Source: an uncultured Clostridia bacterium (GTDB lineage: Bacteria; Bacillota; Clostridia; Christensenellales; DTU072). From it: a DNA stretch of 64,000 nt. Below the pieces are notes generated by a model, which did no database searches, was not told the DNA's origin, and saw only the letters and a list, made by a program, of their open reading frames with translations. The position numbers were made by a program, and so were the translations under genes. Location of the stretch: positions 2,250 to 66,249 of the forward strand of contig CALVTP010000004.1 in the NCBI GenBank assembly GCA_944362765.1, given 5' to 3'. Shown here piece by piece: positions 17,315 to 26,676 of the stretch (positions are counted from its first letter, which is position 1; the number at the start of each line of letters is the position of its first letter).

Positions 17315-18469
17315 ATGCCTACATTTTTTACGGAAGTTTTCGAAGACGCCTCGCCCGTAGCGCCGCTCGGGCTGATAGTTTTGAAGGGCGCCGAGGAGCT
17401 CGGCAAAAAGATAGATAATTACCTGGTCGAATGGTACAACCGCGACGTCGGCAATAAGAATCCCAAATTCAAAAAGAAATCGTTTATTATCGAAAACCAC
17501 TGCCCGCGTTTCACGACGGGCGACGCCAAAGGCATGATCGAGGACTCCGTAAGGGGTTTCGATATCTACATTTTGGTGGATGTAGGTAACTATAATTGTA
17601 CATATCCGATGTTCGGAAGGACGAATTGTATGTCGCCCGACGACCACTACGCCGACTTAAAACGCATCATCAGCGCCGCGGGAGGCAAAGCCGAAAGAAT
17701 TACCGTCATAATGCCGCTTTTGTACGGCGGAAGACAGCACAGAAGGAACTCGAGGGAATCGTTGGACGGCGCACAGATGCTGCAGGAACTCTATTCGATG
17801 GGAGTCAAAGACATCATCACCTTTGACGCGCACGACCCGCGGATCCAAAACTCTGTGCCGCTGATGGGATTTGACAACTTTTTCCCGACATATCAGATAA
17901 TGAAGGCACTTCTCCTTCAATACCCCAACCTCGAACTCGACGACAAACACTTCATGATAGTCTCCCCCGACGAAGGCGCGATGAACAGAAACATCTACTA
18001 CGCGTCGATACTCGGAGTCGATCTCGGAATGTTCTATAAGCGCCGTGACTACACAACCGTCGTCAACGGCAGAAACCCCATTGTCGCCCACGAATATATC
18101 GGAACTTCTGTTAAAGGCAAGGATATTTTGGTGGCGGACGACATCATCGCGACGGGCGATTCGGTATTGAGGCTGTGCCGCGAACTGAAAGAAAAAGGCT
18201 GTGGCAAGATCTTCCTGACGGCGACATACGGCTTGTTTACCGAAGGCTACGAAAAGTTCGACAAAGCCTATGAAGAAGGTTTGTTTACCTCGGTTATAAG
18301 TACGAATCTCACGTATAATACCCCGGAACTTCTGGGAAAGACGTGGTTTATCTCGGCGGACTTGTCGAAGTTCATCAGCTACATCATCTCTTCCTGTAAC
18401 CAAAACAAGTCCGTTTCACCCCTTCTCAATTCCGCCGACCGCATTCACGAGCTTCTCGGTAAGGCATGA
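17315..18469 (+). CDS. prs: ribose-phosphate pyrophosphokinase
   Basis: RFTTGDAK, LYGGRQHR, IITFDAHDP, VSPDEGA, LVADDIIATG; RBS GGAGG. Confidence 0.92.
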   Translation: MPTFFTEVFEDASPVAPLGLIVLKGAEELGKKIDNYLVEWYNRDVGNKNPKFKKKSFIIENHCPRFTTGDAKGMIEDSVRGFDIYILVDVGNYNCTYPMFGRTNCMSPDDHYADLKRIISAAGGKAERITVIMPLLYGGRQHRRNSRESLDGAQMLQELYSMGVKDIITFDAHDPRIQNSVPLMGFDNFFPTYQIMKALLLQYPNLELDDKHFMIVSPDEGAMNRNIYYASILGVDLGMFYKRRDYTTVVNGRNPIVAHEYIGTSVKGKDILVADDIIATGDSVLRLCRELKEKGCGKIFLTATYGLFTEGYEKFDKAYEEGLFTSVISTNLTYNTPELLGKTWFISADLSKFISYIISSCNQNKSVSPLLNSADRIHELLGKA

Positions 18470-18885
18470 GGAAAAACGCCGTTGTCAGCATCATCCCCGG
18501 TCCGGATGCTCCGATAAGCGTGCTTGCGACGCCTGCAGAGTACTGCTACTACGGTCACTTTGCCGAGATTCGTTTCAAACTCGACGACGAAGAGCAGCTT
18601 ATCGGCTTGAACGATGACAAAGTGAGCCTTTATAAGGAAGTCGTCGTAGATGAAAAAAAGCGGATCTTCAGGAAGGAACTGTACATTCTGACCAAGACAG
18701 CGGGAAAAGGGATAGTAGTCTATTTTTCCGATTACAGGCTGGAACTCGATCCGTTCGAACTTTTTATTGATTTCGACGCCGTCTCCGCCCGCGTCAAGGT
18801 GGATTGCAACATTTCTCCGAAGAAGGGCGGTAGCAAGTGCCACACCTTTATAGAGCTGAACTTAAAACTTCTGCCCGATCGGTAA
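18466..18885 (+). CDS. hypothetical beta-rich protein
   Basis: ATGA overlap with prs and ends before a terminator; no confident family. Confidence 0.65.
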   Translation: MRKNAVVSIIPGPDAPISVLATPAEYCYYGHFAEIRFKLDDEEQLIGLNDDKVSLYKEVVVDEKKRIFRKELYILTKTAGKGIVVYFSDYRLELDPFELFIDFDAVSARVKVDCNISPKKGGSKCHTFIELNLKLLPDR

Positions 18886-18933
18886 TCGCTGCACAAGTAG
18901 CAAAAATGGCGTTATTCGGTAGCTAAGAATACT

Positions 18934-18968
18934 AATAAGACCGTCTTTCGGGACGGTCTTATTTATTA
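18934..18968 (+). terminator. intrinsic terminator
   Basis: AATAAGACCGTC-tttcgg-GACGGTCTTATT. Confidence 0.8.
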
Positions 18969-19080
18969 TCGCATCAATACCGGGGAATGCAGGCTTTTAA
19001 AGAAGGCTTTACGGAATAAAAACGTCGGCTTTCAACGCCCGATCGATACCGAATAACGATATTAAATAGTTAAATGTATA

Positions 19081-19109
19081 TTGCAAAAATCCCGAGGAAG
19101 TAGTATAAT
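19081..19109 (+). promoter_or_regulatory. sigmaA promoter of the FGGY kinase operon
   Basis: TTGCAA, 17 bp, TATAAT. Confidence 0.8.
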
Positions 19110-19145
19110 AATTTATAATTTAAACGAAATTCTTCGGAGGAAGCT

Positions 19146-20735
19146 ATGGCAAATTACATAATCACATATGACGTCGGCACGACGGGCATCAAGACTTGCC
19201 TTTTCGATATAGGAGACACCATTCGTTTAGTCGACGCGGCGACTAAGGGCTACGGTTTGTATGTTCTTGAAGGCGGCGGCGCCGAACAGGATCCTTACGA
19301 ATGGTGGGACGCCATGTGTGAAACTACCGGAACGCTCCTGAAAGACACCGGCGTAGCGCCGGAGGAGATACAGGGGATTTCCTTCTGCTCGCAGATGCAG
19401 GGTCTGGTACTTGTCGACAAAGACGGCGAACCCGTAAGACGGGCGATGAGTTATATGGATCAGCGCGCCGTCGAGGAAATAAAAAAGGGGATAGCTTACG
19501 GATTCAAAATTGCGGGCGCAAATATTTTTAAACTTTTAAAATCGCTGTATTACACCGGGGCGGTCGCGGCTTCCGTCAAAGATCCCGTCTGGAAGTATAA
19601 GTGGGTGGAAGTGCACGAGCCCGAGGTATTCAAAAAGGTTTATAAGTGGCTGGACGTCAAAGAATTTCTTATTTCGAAGTGCACCGGAAAGATGGTTATG
19701 ACTTCTGACTCGGCGTTCGGCACGCTGATGCTGAATGTGCATACGGGGAAGTGGGCGATGCCCGTCGTAAAGATGCTCGGCGTCAACCCCGATCATCTTC
19801 CCGAGCTTATAGCTTCTACCGATTGCGTCGGCGGTATCACGAAGAAAGCCGCAGAGGAACTCGGGCTCAAAGAGGGAACCAAAGTTTTCGGCGGCGGCGG
19901 CGACGCCAGCCTTATAGGAGTGGGGGCGGGCGCCACGGCTCTCGGCGACACCCATATTTATTCCGGTACGTCCGGGTGGGTCGGCACCGTAGTCGACAAG
20001 TCTATGGTCGACGCCACTGCGATGATAGCCTCAATCGTCTGCGCTCAGAAGGGAAAGTATGTCTATTTTGCCGAGATGGAGACTTCCGGAAAGTGCCTGG
20101 AATGGGTCAAAGACCACCTTGCTCTCGACGAAATCGGCATATACCTTGAAAAGAAGCATATCACGGAGGACTTTGAAAGAAAGTATACCTCTTTATACGA
20201 TTACATGACGGACGTAGCCGACAACGCTCCTGCGGGCGCCGGCGGAGTCATCTTTACTCCGTGGCTCCACGGCAACCGCTGCCCCTTCGAAGATCCCGCT
20301 TCGCGCGGAATGTTTTTCAACATTTCGCTGGAAACCGGCAAGACCGAACTTATAAGAGCCGTCCTGGAAGGGGTTTGTTATCACAAGCGCTGGATGCTGG
20401 AAGCGCAGGACAAGAAAGTCAAAACTTCCTTAACCATCCGCTTTGTAGGCGGCGGAGCGCTTTCGGACTTCACTTCGCAGCTGCTTTCCGATATCACCGG
20501 AAGAACCATCGAAACGGTTGCCGCTCCGCAGAATGTCGGTGCGGTGGGCGCTGCGGCGGTAGTGGCGGTAGGTTTAGGGCTGATCGACTCTTTGGACGAG
20601 ATAAAACGATTTATTCCCGCCGTCAAGAGCTTCACTCCGAGAAAGGAATTGAAGAGCGTTTACGACAGGAATTTCGAAGTATTCAAATCGCTTTACAAAT
20701 GCAATAAAAAGGCGTTTTCAATATTGAATAAATAG
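19146..20735 (+). CDS. FGGY-family carbohydrate kinase (xylulokinase-like)
   Basis: YDVGTTGIK, GGGGDA, YSGTSGW, FTPWLHGNRCP, RAVLEG, VGGGA. Confidence 0.88.
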   Translation: MANYIITYDVGTTGIKTCLFDIGDTIRLVDAATKGYGLYVLEGGGAEQDPYEWWDAMCETTGTLLKDTGVAPEEIQGISFCSQMQGLVLVDKDGEPVRRAMSYMDQRAVEEIKKGIAYGFKIAGANIFKLLKSLYYTGAVAASVKDPVWKYKWVEVHEPEVFKKVYKWLDVKEFLISKCTGKMVMTSDSAFGTLMLNVHTGKWAMPVVKMLGVNPDHLPELIASTDCVGGITKKAAEELGLKEGTKVFGGGGDASLIGVGAGATALGDTHIYSGTSGWVGTVVDKSMVDATAMIASIVCAQKGKYVYFAEMETSGKCLEWVKDHLALDEIGIYLEKKHITEDFERKYTSLYDYMTDVADNAPAGAGGVIFTPWLHGNRCPFEDPASRGMFFNISLETGKTELIRAVLEGVCYHKRWMLEAQDKKVKTSLTIRFVGGGALSDFTSQLLSDITGRTIETVAAPQNVGAVGAAAVVAVGLGLIDSLDEIKRFIPAVKSFTPRKELKSVYDRNFEVFKSLYKCNKKAFSILNK

Positions 20736-20743
20736 GAGGACTT

Positions 20744-21775
20744 ATGCAAAACCGAATTACAGAGAAAGTGCGTCTTCTGGACGAAAACGGCGCGTTGACT
20801 TCCCCCGGTTACGCCACGGAGTACCTGATGGCATACGACAGGACGGATATCAAGGCTCCGAAATTCCGCATCAAGGAATGGGACTACTACTATGTCGGCA
20901 ACGACAAATACGCAATCTGTCTTACGGTAGCCGATATGGGCTATGTGGGAGCCATAAGTGCCACTTTTCTTGATTTTGAAGTTCCCACGCAAATTACGAA
21001 AAGTTCGATAAAGCTTTTCCCGATGGGTAGCTTTCATATGCCGAAATCGACTCTTACCGGGGACGTTGTCGGGACAAACGGCGGCGTCGAATGCGTCGTG
21101 ATCCTCGACTCCGGCGTAAGGCATATTTTCGGGAAATATCCGAAATTCGGGAATAACGGCGAGGAGCTGGCATTCGATTTTCATCTCAGCGATCCGCCGG
21201 AGGAAAATATGTATATCGCGACTCCTTTTTCAAAGCCGAAGCACTTCTACTATAACGCTAAGATCAATTGCATGACGGCGAAAGGGAAGTTTACCCTTGG
21301 CGACAAGGAGTACTCTTTGGACGGCGCCCTCGGCACCCTCGACTGGGGAAGAGGAGTCTGGACTTTCGACAACACCTGGTATTGGGGAAGTCTTCAGACG
21401 GTTTTACCGGACGGGAAAAAATTCGGGTTCAATCTGGGTTACGGCTTCGGCGACACCTCTGCAGCCACCGAAAATATGCTTTTCTACGACGGAAAGGCGC
21501 ATAAGCTCGAAGATGTCACCTTCAATATCCCCGGAGACGGCACCGATAACGTCGAATACATGAAGCCGTGGACGGTCAGCTCCTCCGACAACCGCGTCAG
21601 GCTGGATTTCGAGCCGCTCATCGACCGCCAGGCGCCGATCGATCTGAAAGTTTTCTGCATGATTCCGCACCAGGTCTTCGGTTATTTTTCGGGTGTCTGC
21701 GTCTTGGACGACGGCAGCGAAATAAAGCTTGAAAGAGTTTTGGGCTTTGCCGAGAAGGTGCACAACAAGTGGTAA
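20744..21775 (+). CDS. DUF2804-family protein
   Basis: KEWDYY, DWGRGVW, WYWGS, FGFNLG, ENMLFYDGKAHKL (pattern recalled). Confidence 0.75.
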   Translation: MQNRITEKVRLLDENGALTSPGYATEYLMAYDRTDIKAPKFRIKEWDYYYVGNDKYAICLTVADMGYVGAISATFLDFEVPTQITKSSIKLFPMGSFHMPKSTLTGDVVGTNGGVECVVILDSGVRHIFGKYPKFGNNGEELAFDFHLSDPPEENMYIATPFSKPKHFYYNAKINCMTAKGKFTLGDKEYSLDGALGTLDWGRGVWTFDNTWYWGSLQTVLPDGKKFGFNLGYGFGDTSAATENMLFYDGKAHKLEDVTFNIPGDGTDNVEYMKPWTVSSSDNRVRLDFEPLIDRQAPIDLKVFCMIPHQVFGYFSGVCVLDDGSEIKLERVLGFAEKVHNKW

Positions 21776-21813
21776 TCCGGGCTTGGACTGCTGAAAATTT
21801 CAAAATGAACGGT

Positions 21814-21838
21814 AAAGGCGCTTTCGGGCGCCTTTTTT
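21814..21838 (+). terminator. intrinsic terminator
   Basis: AAAGGCGC-tttcgg-GCGCCTTT plus TTT. Confidence 0.8.
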
Positions 21839-21919
21839 GACGGAAATATTCAATTAAGGGATGCTCGGTTTATAAAATCCGTCCCGAAAAACGGCTTTCC
21901 GAAGGGACATTTTTAAATA

Positions 21920-21948
21920 TTGACTTTTCAGCTAAAATTATATATAAT
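21920..21948 (+). promoter_or_regulatory. sigmaA promoter
   Basis: TTGACT, 17 bp, TATAAT. Confidence 0.8.
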
Positions 21949-21997
21949 AAATTAAACGCGCACGAGAAGCGTAGCGCATACACGATAAAGGACCGAG

Positions 21998-23503
21998 ATG
22001 AGCAAACTTTCCGGCATAAAAGCTTATTTCAAAGGGCTGTCGAAGCGGCAAAAGGTGATTTGGATAGTCGCCGTCGTGCTGCTGCTTTTATTGATAGCGG
22101 GCGGAATTGCCGCCGCGGTGCTGCTGACGCGGAAAGACGAAAGCCTTCCGGGCGTTCTGAAAAGAAAGGATTATTATTACGCGATACGCGCGACCGACGA
22201 AGACGGTTTTCGTTTAAGCGACGACTTTATCGCGGGGCTGCAACTTGATGACTTCGTGAAAACGACGCTTTCCGAAGCGGAGGGCGTGACGCTTTCGGAG
22301 GAACTTCTTTTGACCTCTTACGGCGCGACCCCCGGCGAGAAAGCCGAATATTCCTTTACATATAAGGGGTTGGAAATCGCGTCAATCACCGTCGAGGTGG
22401 TGTCAAACGACGCCATCGCCGTTTCCGACGCCGTGTCTTTGGGGAATATCGCTAACGGCACGGGGACGTATATTCTGACTTCCGATATCGATCTAACGCC
22501 GGTAACGGCGCAGATATCAAACTTTTCCGGGCGCCTTTTCGGCAACCATTTTACGCTGACGGGTTCTCTTCCCGCGGGAGGACTTTTCAAAAGGATTAGC
22601 GACGCCGAAGTGAGGGGGTTGGAGTTTTCGGTGAATTCCGAGATGAACTACTCCGCCGCCAACTTCCCTTCCGACGGGCTGAATATCGGTGTGCTCGCTT
22701 CCCGGACGGATGACTCGGATATTTCGGAGTGCTACGTAAAGGGGAGCATTGCGGTAAATTACAGTGCGCCGACGAACAACTCCGTCATCAGGATAGGGGG
22801 ACTCGTAGGTTTTGCGAAGGCGGGAGCCAGAAGTAACCTCAACACGCCCGTTTATTCGCTGATGCGCTGCGGGTCGGAAGCCGCCCTCACTGTCAGAGGA
22901 AACGGAGTCGTCTATATCGGCGGTATCTACGGCAGGGCGGAAAATATCGGCGCCGAAAATCTGAGGTGCTACGGGGAGATCTCGTTCGAAGGGTCGGCGA
23001 GCGCTCTGAAAGAGTTGTACGCCGGAGGTATAGGCGGTTATCACGGCAAAGAGTACGGTGCCGCGCTTCAGACCGGTCACGAACTCGAAAGTACGAACAG
23101 GATCTATTTCTACGGCACTCTAAGGCTGAATGTTCCGGGGGACTCCGGCAATGCCTACGCCATCAAGGCGGGCGGCATATTCGGTGCGGCGGAGCGCCTT
23201 TCGATGACCAACTCGGAATTCAGAGGGGTTATAGAGATAACGTCGGCTGCTCCGTTGCACTCGGGCGGCATAACGGGAGAGGCGTCATGTGACGCAAATG
23301 CCGTTATGCGCATAAACGGAGTGCGTTCGGTGGGTAAAATGACGCTGAACGCGACGGGAATCTGTTACGGAGGCGGAGTCGTCGGAGTGATGACGGGGAA
23401 CGCGGAATACCTGAACGTTGCCGAATCGATATTGCCCGAACTTACCGGCGAGAGCGATAAGACGCGCGTGGTCGACCGCGGAGCCGCACTGAAAGAACAA
23501 TAA
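21998..23503 (+). CDS. membrane-anchored protein with GLUG-like (beta-helix) repeats
   Basis: N-terminal TM (VIWIVAVVLLLLLIAGGIAAAVLL), YILTSDIDL...FSGRLFGN, repeated GG(L/I)xG motifs. Confidence 0.7.
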   Translation: MSKLSGIKAYFKGLSKRQKVIWIVAVVLLLLLIAGGIAAAVLLTRKDESLPGVLKRKDYYYAIRATDEDGFRLSDDFIAGLQLDDFVKTTLSEAEGVTLSEELLLTSYGATPGEKAEYSFTYKGLEIASITVEVVSNDAIAVSDAVSLGNIANGTGTYILTSDIDLTPVTAQISNFSGRLFGNHFTLTGSLPAGGLFKRISDAEVRGLEFSVNSEMNYSAANFPSDGLNIGVLASRTDDSDISECYVKGSIAVNYSAPTNNSVIRIGGLVGFAKAGARSNLNTPVYSLMRCGSEAALTVRGNGVVYIGGIYGRAENIGAENLRCYGEISFEGSASALKELYAGGIGGYHGKEYGAALQTGHELESTNRIYFYGTLRLNVPGDSGNAYAIKAGGIFGAAERLSMTNSEFRGVIEITSAAPLHSGGITGEASCDANAVMRINGVRSVGKMTLNATGICYGGGVVGVMTGNAEYLNVAESILPELTGESDKTRVVDRGAALKEQ

Positions 23504-23553
23504 AATATACTCGGGTTCAGATGCCGCCCGTCAAGAAGGCATCCGGAGGAGAG

Positions 23554-26500
23554 ATGCAATACGACGTCAAAAAGCGCGCCAACTACAAAAATTTCAAGGT
23601 TTTCAAAGACAACCGTCTCGATCACCGCGCCTACTTTATTCCGTTCGGTTCAAGGGCGGGGGCGGACATCGAGCTTACGAAAAAACGGTATTCTTCGGAC
23701 AGAGTGCAGCTGCTGAACGGCGAATGGGATTTCAAATATTACCCGAAGATCAAAGATCTTCCCGACCCGCTTGACACCGACAATGTGGAATTCGACAAAA
23801 TTCCGGTGCCGGGGGTGTGGAGCAGGTACGGTTACGAGCCGCCCTTCTATACCAACATCAAGTATCCCTTCCTCTGTACTCCGCCGAAGCCCTCCACCAC
23901 CCAGTTGGAAGGCGTCTACAAAGGCGCAGTCGACGGGGAAGAGTACGTTTGCAAGGAGCAATATAACTCAGTCGGAGTCTACCGCACCTTCATCGAGATA
24001 ACCGAGCTTGACAAACGCTATATTCTCTCCTTCCTTGGAGTGGCGGGCGCTCTCGAAGTGTATATGAACGGCAAATACGTCGGCTACTCGGAAGGCTCCC
24101 ACAACACGGCGGAGTTTTATCTGGATTCCTTTCTCCGTGAAGGCAGCAACGAACTTGTAGCCGTCGTCAGAAAGTGGTCGACGGGCTCCTACCTCGAAGA
24201 CCAGGATATGTTCCGCGAAAACGGCATTTTCCGTGACGTATTACTGTTTAAAAACGAACAGTCCTTTATTTTCGATTTCGAATTTTTCACTTCCAAAAGC
24301 AACGAGCGCTACGACGCCATCGTCAATGTCAAAGTGGTCGGCTTTGACGGCGCCACCGTTTCGGTCAGTCTGACGGACGCAAGTAACATCATTGCGATGC
24401 GCGTAGCCGAGGCGCAGCCCGAAACCAAACTGATGCTGGACAAACTCGACGTAGAGGAGTGGTCGGCTGAAAAACCGAAGCTGTACAGGCTGGACATCGT
24501 TTTGATGAGAGGAGGGAAAATAGTAGAGTACGTTTCGAAATTCGTCGGCTTCAAGACAGTGTCCGTCGAAGGGCGCGTTTTCCTCTTCAACGGCAGAAAA
24601 ATAAAACTTCTGGGTGCCAATCACCACGATACGGATGCCGAAACAGGCTATTACATGACTCCCGAAAAGATAGAACGGGACATAAAACTTTTCAAGGAAT
24701 ACAATATGAACGCCGTCAGGACTTCGCACTATCCTCCCGACCCATTGTTCATAGAGCTTTGCGATAAATACGGGCTTTACGTTGTCGACGAAGCCGATAT
24801 AGAAACGCACGGCACCAAGACGCCGGGACAGATCTCCGACCGCTCCAAGTGGCGCTATCACTACTGGGACAGGGTGGAAGGCATGTTCATGCGCGACAGA
24901 AACTCGGTATCGGTGACGATGTGGTCGCTCGGAAACGAATCGGGCGGCATCCGCTGCCACGACTATTGCTATAAAAAGCTTAAAGCGATGACGCTTATCC
25001 CGATCCATTACGAAAGGGCTATCTTTTGCAGGCGCGGCGGTTACGATGTCGCAAGTTCGATGTACACCTCCGTGCCCGAGCTTATAAAGGCTGCCGAGGG
25101 GCGCCCCTTCGCGTTCAAACCGGCAGGGCGGCGGGCGATAAAGAAAAAGCCTTTCTTCCTTTGCGAGTACGCCCACGCGATGGGCTTGGGACCGGGGAAC
25201 CTCAACGATTATGTCGAAGCATTCTTCAAATACGATTCTCTGATGGGCGGCTGCATATGGGAGTTTGCCGACCATGCGGTGAAACACGGCGAAGGAAAAC
25301 CTTACGAATACACCTACGGCGGTGACCACGGCGAGTATATCCACGACGGGGAGTTCTGCGTGGACGGGCTGTTCTATCCGGACAGAACGCCTTCGACCGG
25401 TGCAAGGGCAGCCAAAAACTGCTACCGCCCGCTGACGGCGCGTCTTATCGCCAACGGAGTATTGGAACTCAAAAACAGGCTGGCATTCAGGAATACTTCC
25501 TATATCACCTGCCGCGGCAAGGTGATGCTCGGCGGAGAAGCGGTTTTCGATTTTTCCTTTGTCACCGACATTGCGCCCGGTCAGACGCACATATACAACC
25601 TCAATTTCGAAGTCAACGGCGGCGACGTACAGATACTTTTAGACTATTTCGACGGCGATAAAGTGGTGGCGACGGAGTCGGTGGAAGCTTCTTTCGAGCT
25701 CCCGAAGAGGATTGCTCCCTGCCGCGGAAAAGGGGTTTACGCTGCCGACGAGGGCGGAGCGATAGGCGTACATTTCGACGCGGGAAGCGTGCGCTTTTCA
25801 AAGGAAAGCGGCGCCGTGATAGGTTACGACTACGCGGGAAAGGAGTTCCTAGCCGATCGTCCCGGAAACAAAGGAAACGGGAGAATCTACACCAATATTT
25901 ACCGCGCGCCTACCGATAACGACAGAAACATCAAAAACAGCTGGCACAAGTGGGGCTACGACAGATTGCTGACGGAGTGCAGGGATATTTATACGGTGTC
26001 CCGCGAAAATGCCGTGGACGTAGTTGTCGCGACGGCGCTGAAAGACGGCGACAAGACGCGCTTCACCGTTCGGGATGTTTATACGGTACACGCCAACGGT
26101 ATCGTGGACGTGAAAAGCGTACTGAAACCGGCTTCCCCGAAGCAACCGCTCATTCCGAAGGTAGGTAAGATAATCGAGACCCGTCCCGAATTTTCCGAAG
26201 TCATCTATTTCGGCGCGGGACCGTATGAAAGTTATCCCGACTTCAAAGAGCAATCCCGTCCCGGCGTCTATCACACCACGGTGGACGAGCTTTACGACAA
26301 CTATATCCGCCCGCAGGAGAGCGGCAACCGCACCGATATCCGTTATTGTCTGTGCATGAACGGAGAAGGAGCCGGGCTGATGTTCACGGCGGACTCCGTG
26401 CTTTTGAACTTCAACGGCAAGCGCTATACCGATACCGCCCTCGAAGGGTTCAGACACCGCGAAGATATCGTCAGGGAAGAGGACGTCATTTATTACTCGG

Positions 26501-26676
26501 TGGACGGCTATATGCTGGGTATCGGTTCCAACTCCTGCGGACCGATGACCCTTCCGAAATATCGCTTAAAATGCAACCGAAGCTATGCGTATTCGTTTAC
26601 GGTGACGCCGTTTACCGAACTCAGATATGTCATGGCGGAAATAGAAAATAAAAAAGAAAATCCGGAGGACAAATGA
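23554..26676 (+). CDS. lacZ: beta-galactosidase (GH2, LacZ-type)
   Basis: RTSHYP, WSLGNE (acid/base), CEYAHAMG (nucleophile), RPQESGN; RBS GGAGGAG before ATG 23554. Confidence 0.9.
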   Translation: MQYDVKKRANYKNFKVFKDNRLDHRAYFIPFGSRAGADIELTKKRYSSDRVQLLNGEWDFKYYPKIKDLPDPLDTDNVEFDKIPVPGVWSRYGYEPPFYTNIKYPFLCTPPKPSTTQLEGVYKGAVDGEEYVCKEQYNSVGVYRTFIEITELDKRYILSFLGVAGALEVYMNGKYVGYSEGSHNTAEFYLDSFLREGSNELVAVVRKWSTGSYLEDQDMFRENGIFRDVLLFKNEQSFIFDFEFFTSKSNERYDAIVNVKVVGFDGATVSVSLTDASNIIAMRVAEAQPETKLMLDKLDVEEWSAEKPKLYRLDIVLMRGGKIVEYVSKFVGFKTVSVEGRVFLFNGRKIKLLGANHHDTDAETGYYMTPEKIERDIKLFKEYNMNAVRTSHYPPDPLFIELCDKYGLYVVDEADIETHGTKTPGQISDRSKWRYHYWDRVEGMFMRDRNSVSVTMWSLGNESGGIRCHDYCYKKLKAMTLIPIHYERAIFCRRGGYDVASSMYTSVPELIKAAEGRPFAFKPAGRRAIKKKPFFLCEYAHAMGLGPGNLNDYVEAFFKYDSLMGGCIWEFADHAVKHGEGKPYEYTYGGDHGEYIHDGEFCVDGLFYPDRTPSTGARAAKNCYRPLTARLIANGVLELKNRLAFRNTSYITCRGKVMLGGEAVFDFSFVTDIAPGQTHIYNLNFEVNGGDVQILLDYFDGDKVVATESVEASFELPKRIAPCRGKGVYAADEGGAIGVHFDAGSVRFSKESGAVIGYDYAGKEFLADRPGNKGNGRIYTNIYRAPTDNDRNIKNSWHKWGYDRLLTECRDIYTVSRENAVDVVVATALKDGDKTRFTVRDVYTVHANGIVDVKSVLKPASPKQPLIPKVGKIIETRPEFSEVIYFGAGPYESYPDFKEQSRPGVYHTTVDELYDNYIRPQESGNRTDIRYCLCMNGEGAGLMFTADSVLLNFNGKRYTDTALEGFRHREDIVREEDVIYYSVDGYMLGIGSNSCGPMTLPKYRLKCNRSYAYSFTVTPFTELRYVMAEIENKKENPEDK

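Noticed and set aside
24241-25590. 449-aa minus-strand ORF and similar long antisense ORFs over clpB, the ABC genes and the GH genes
   Set aside because: Codon-bias shadows of well-supported + strand genes.
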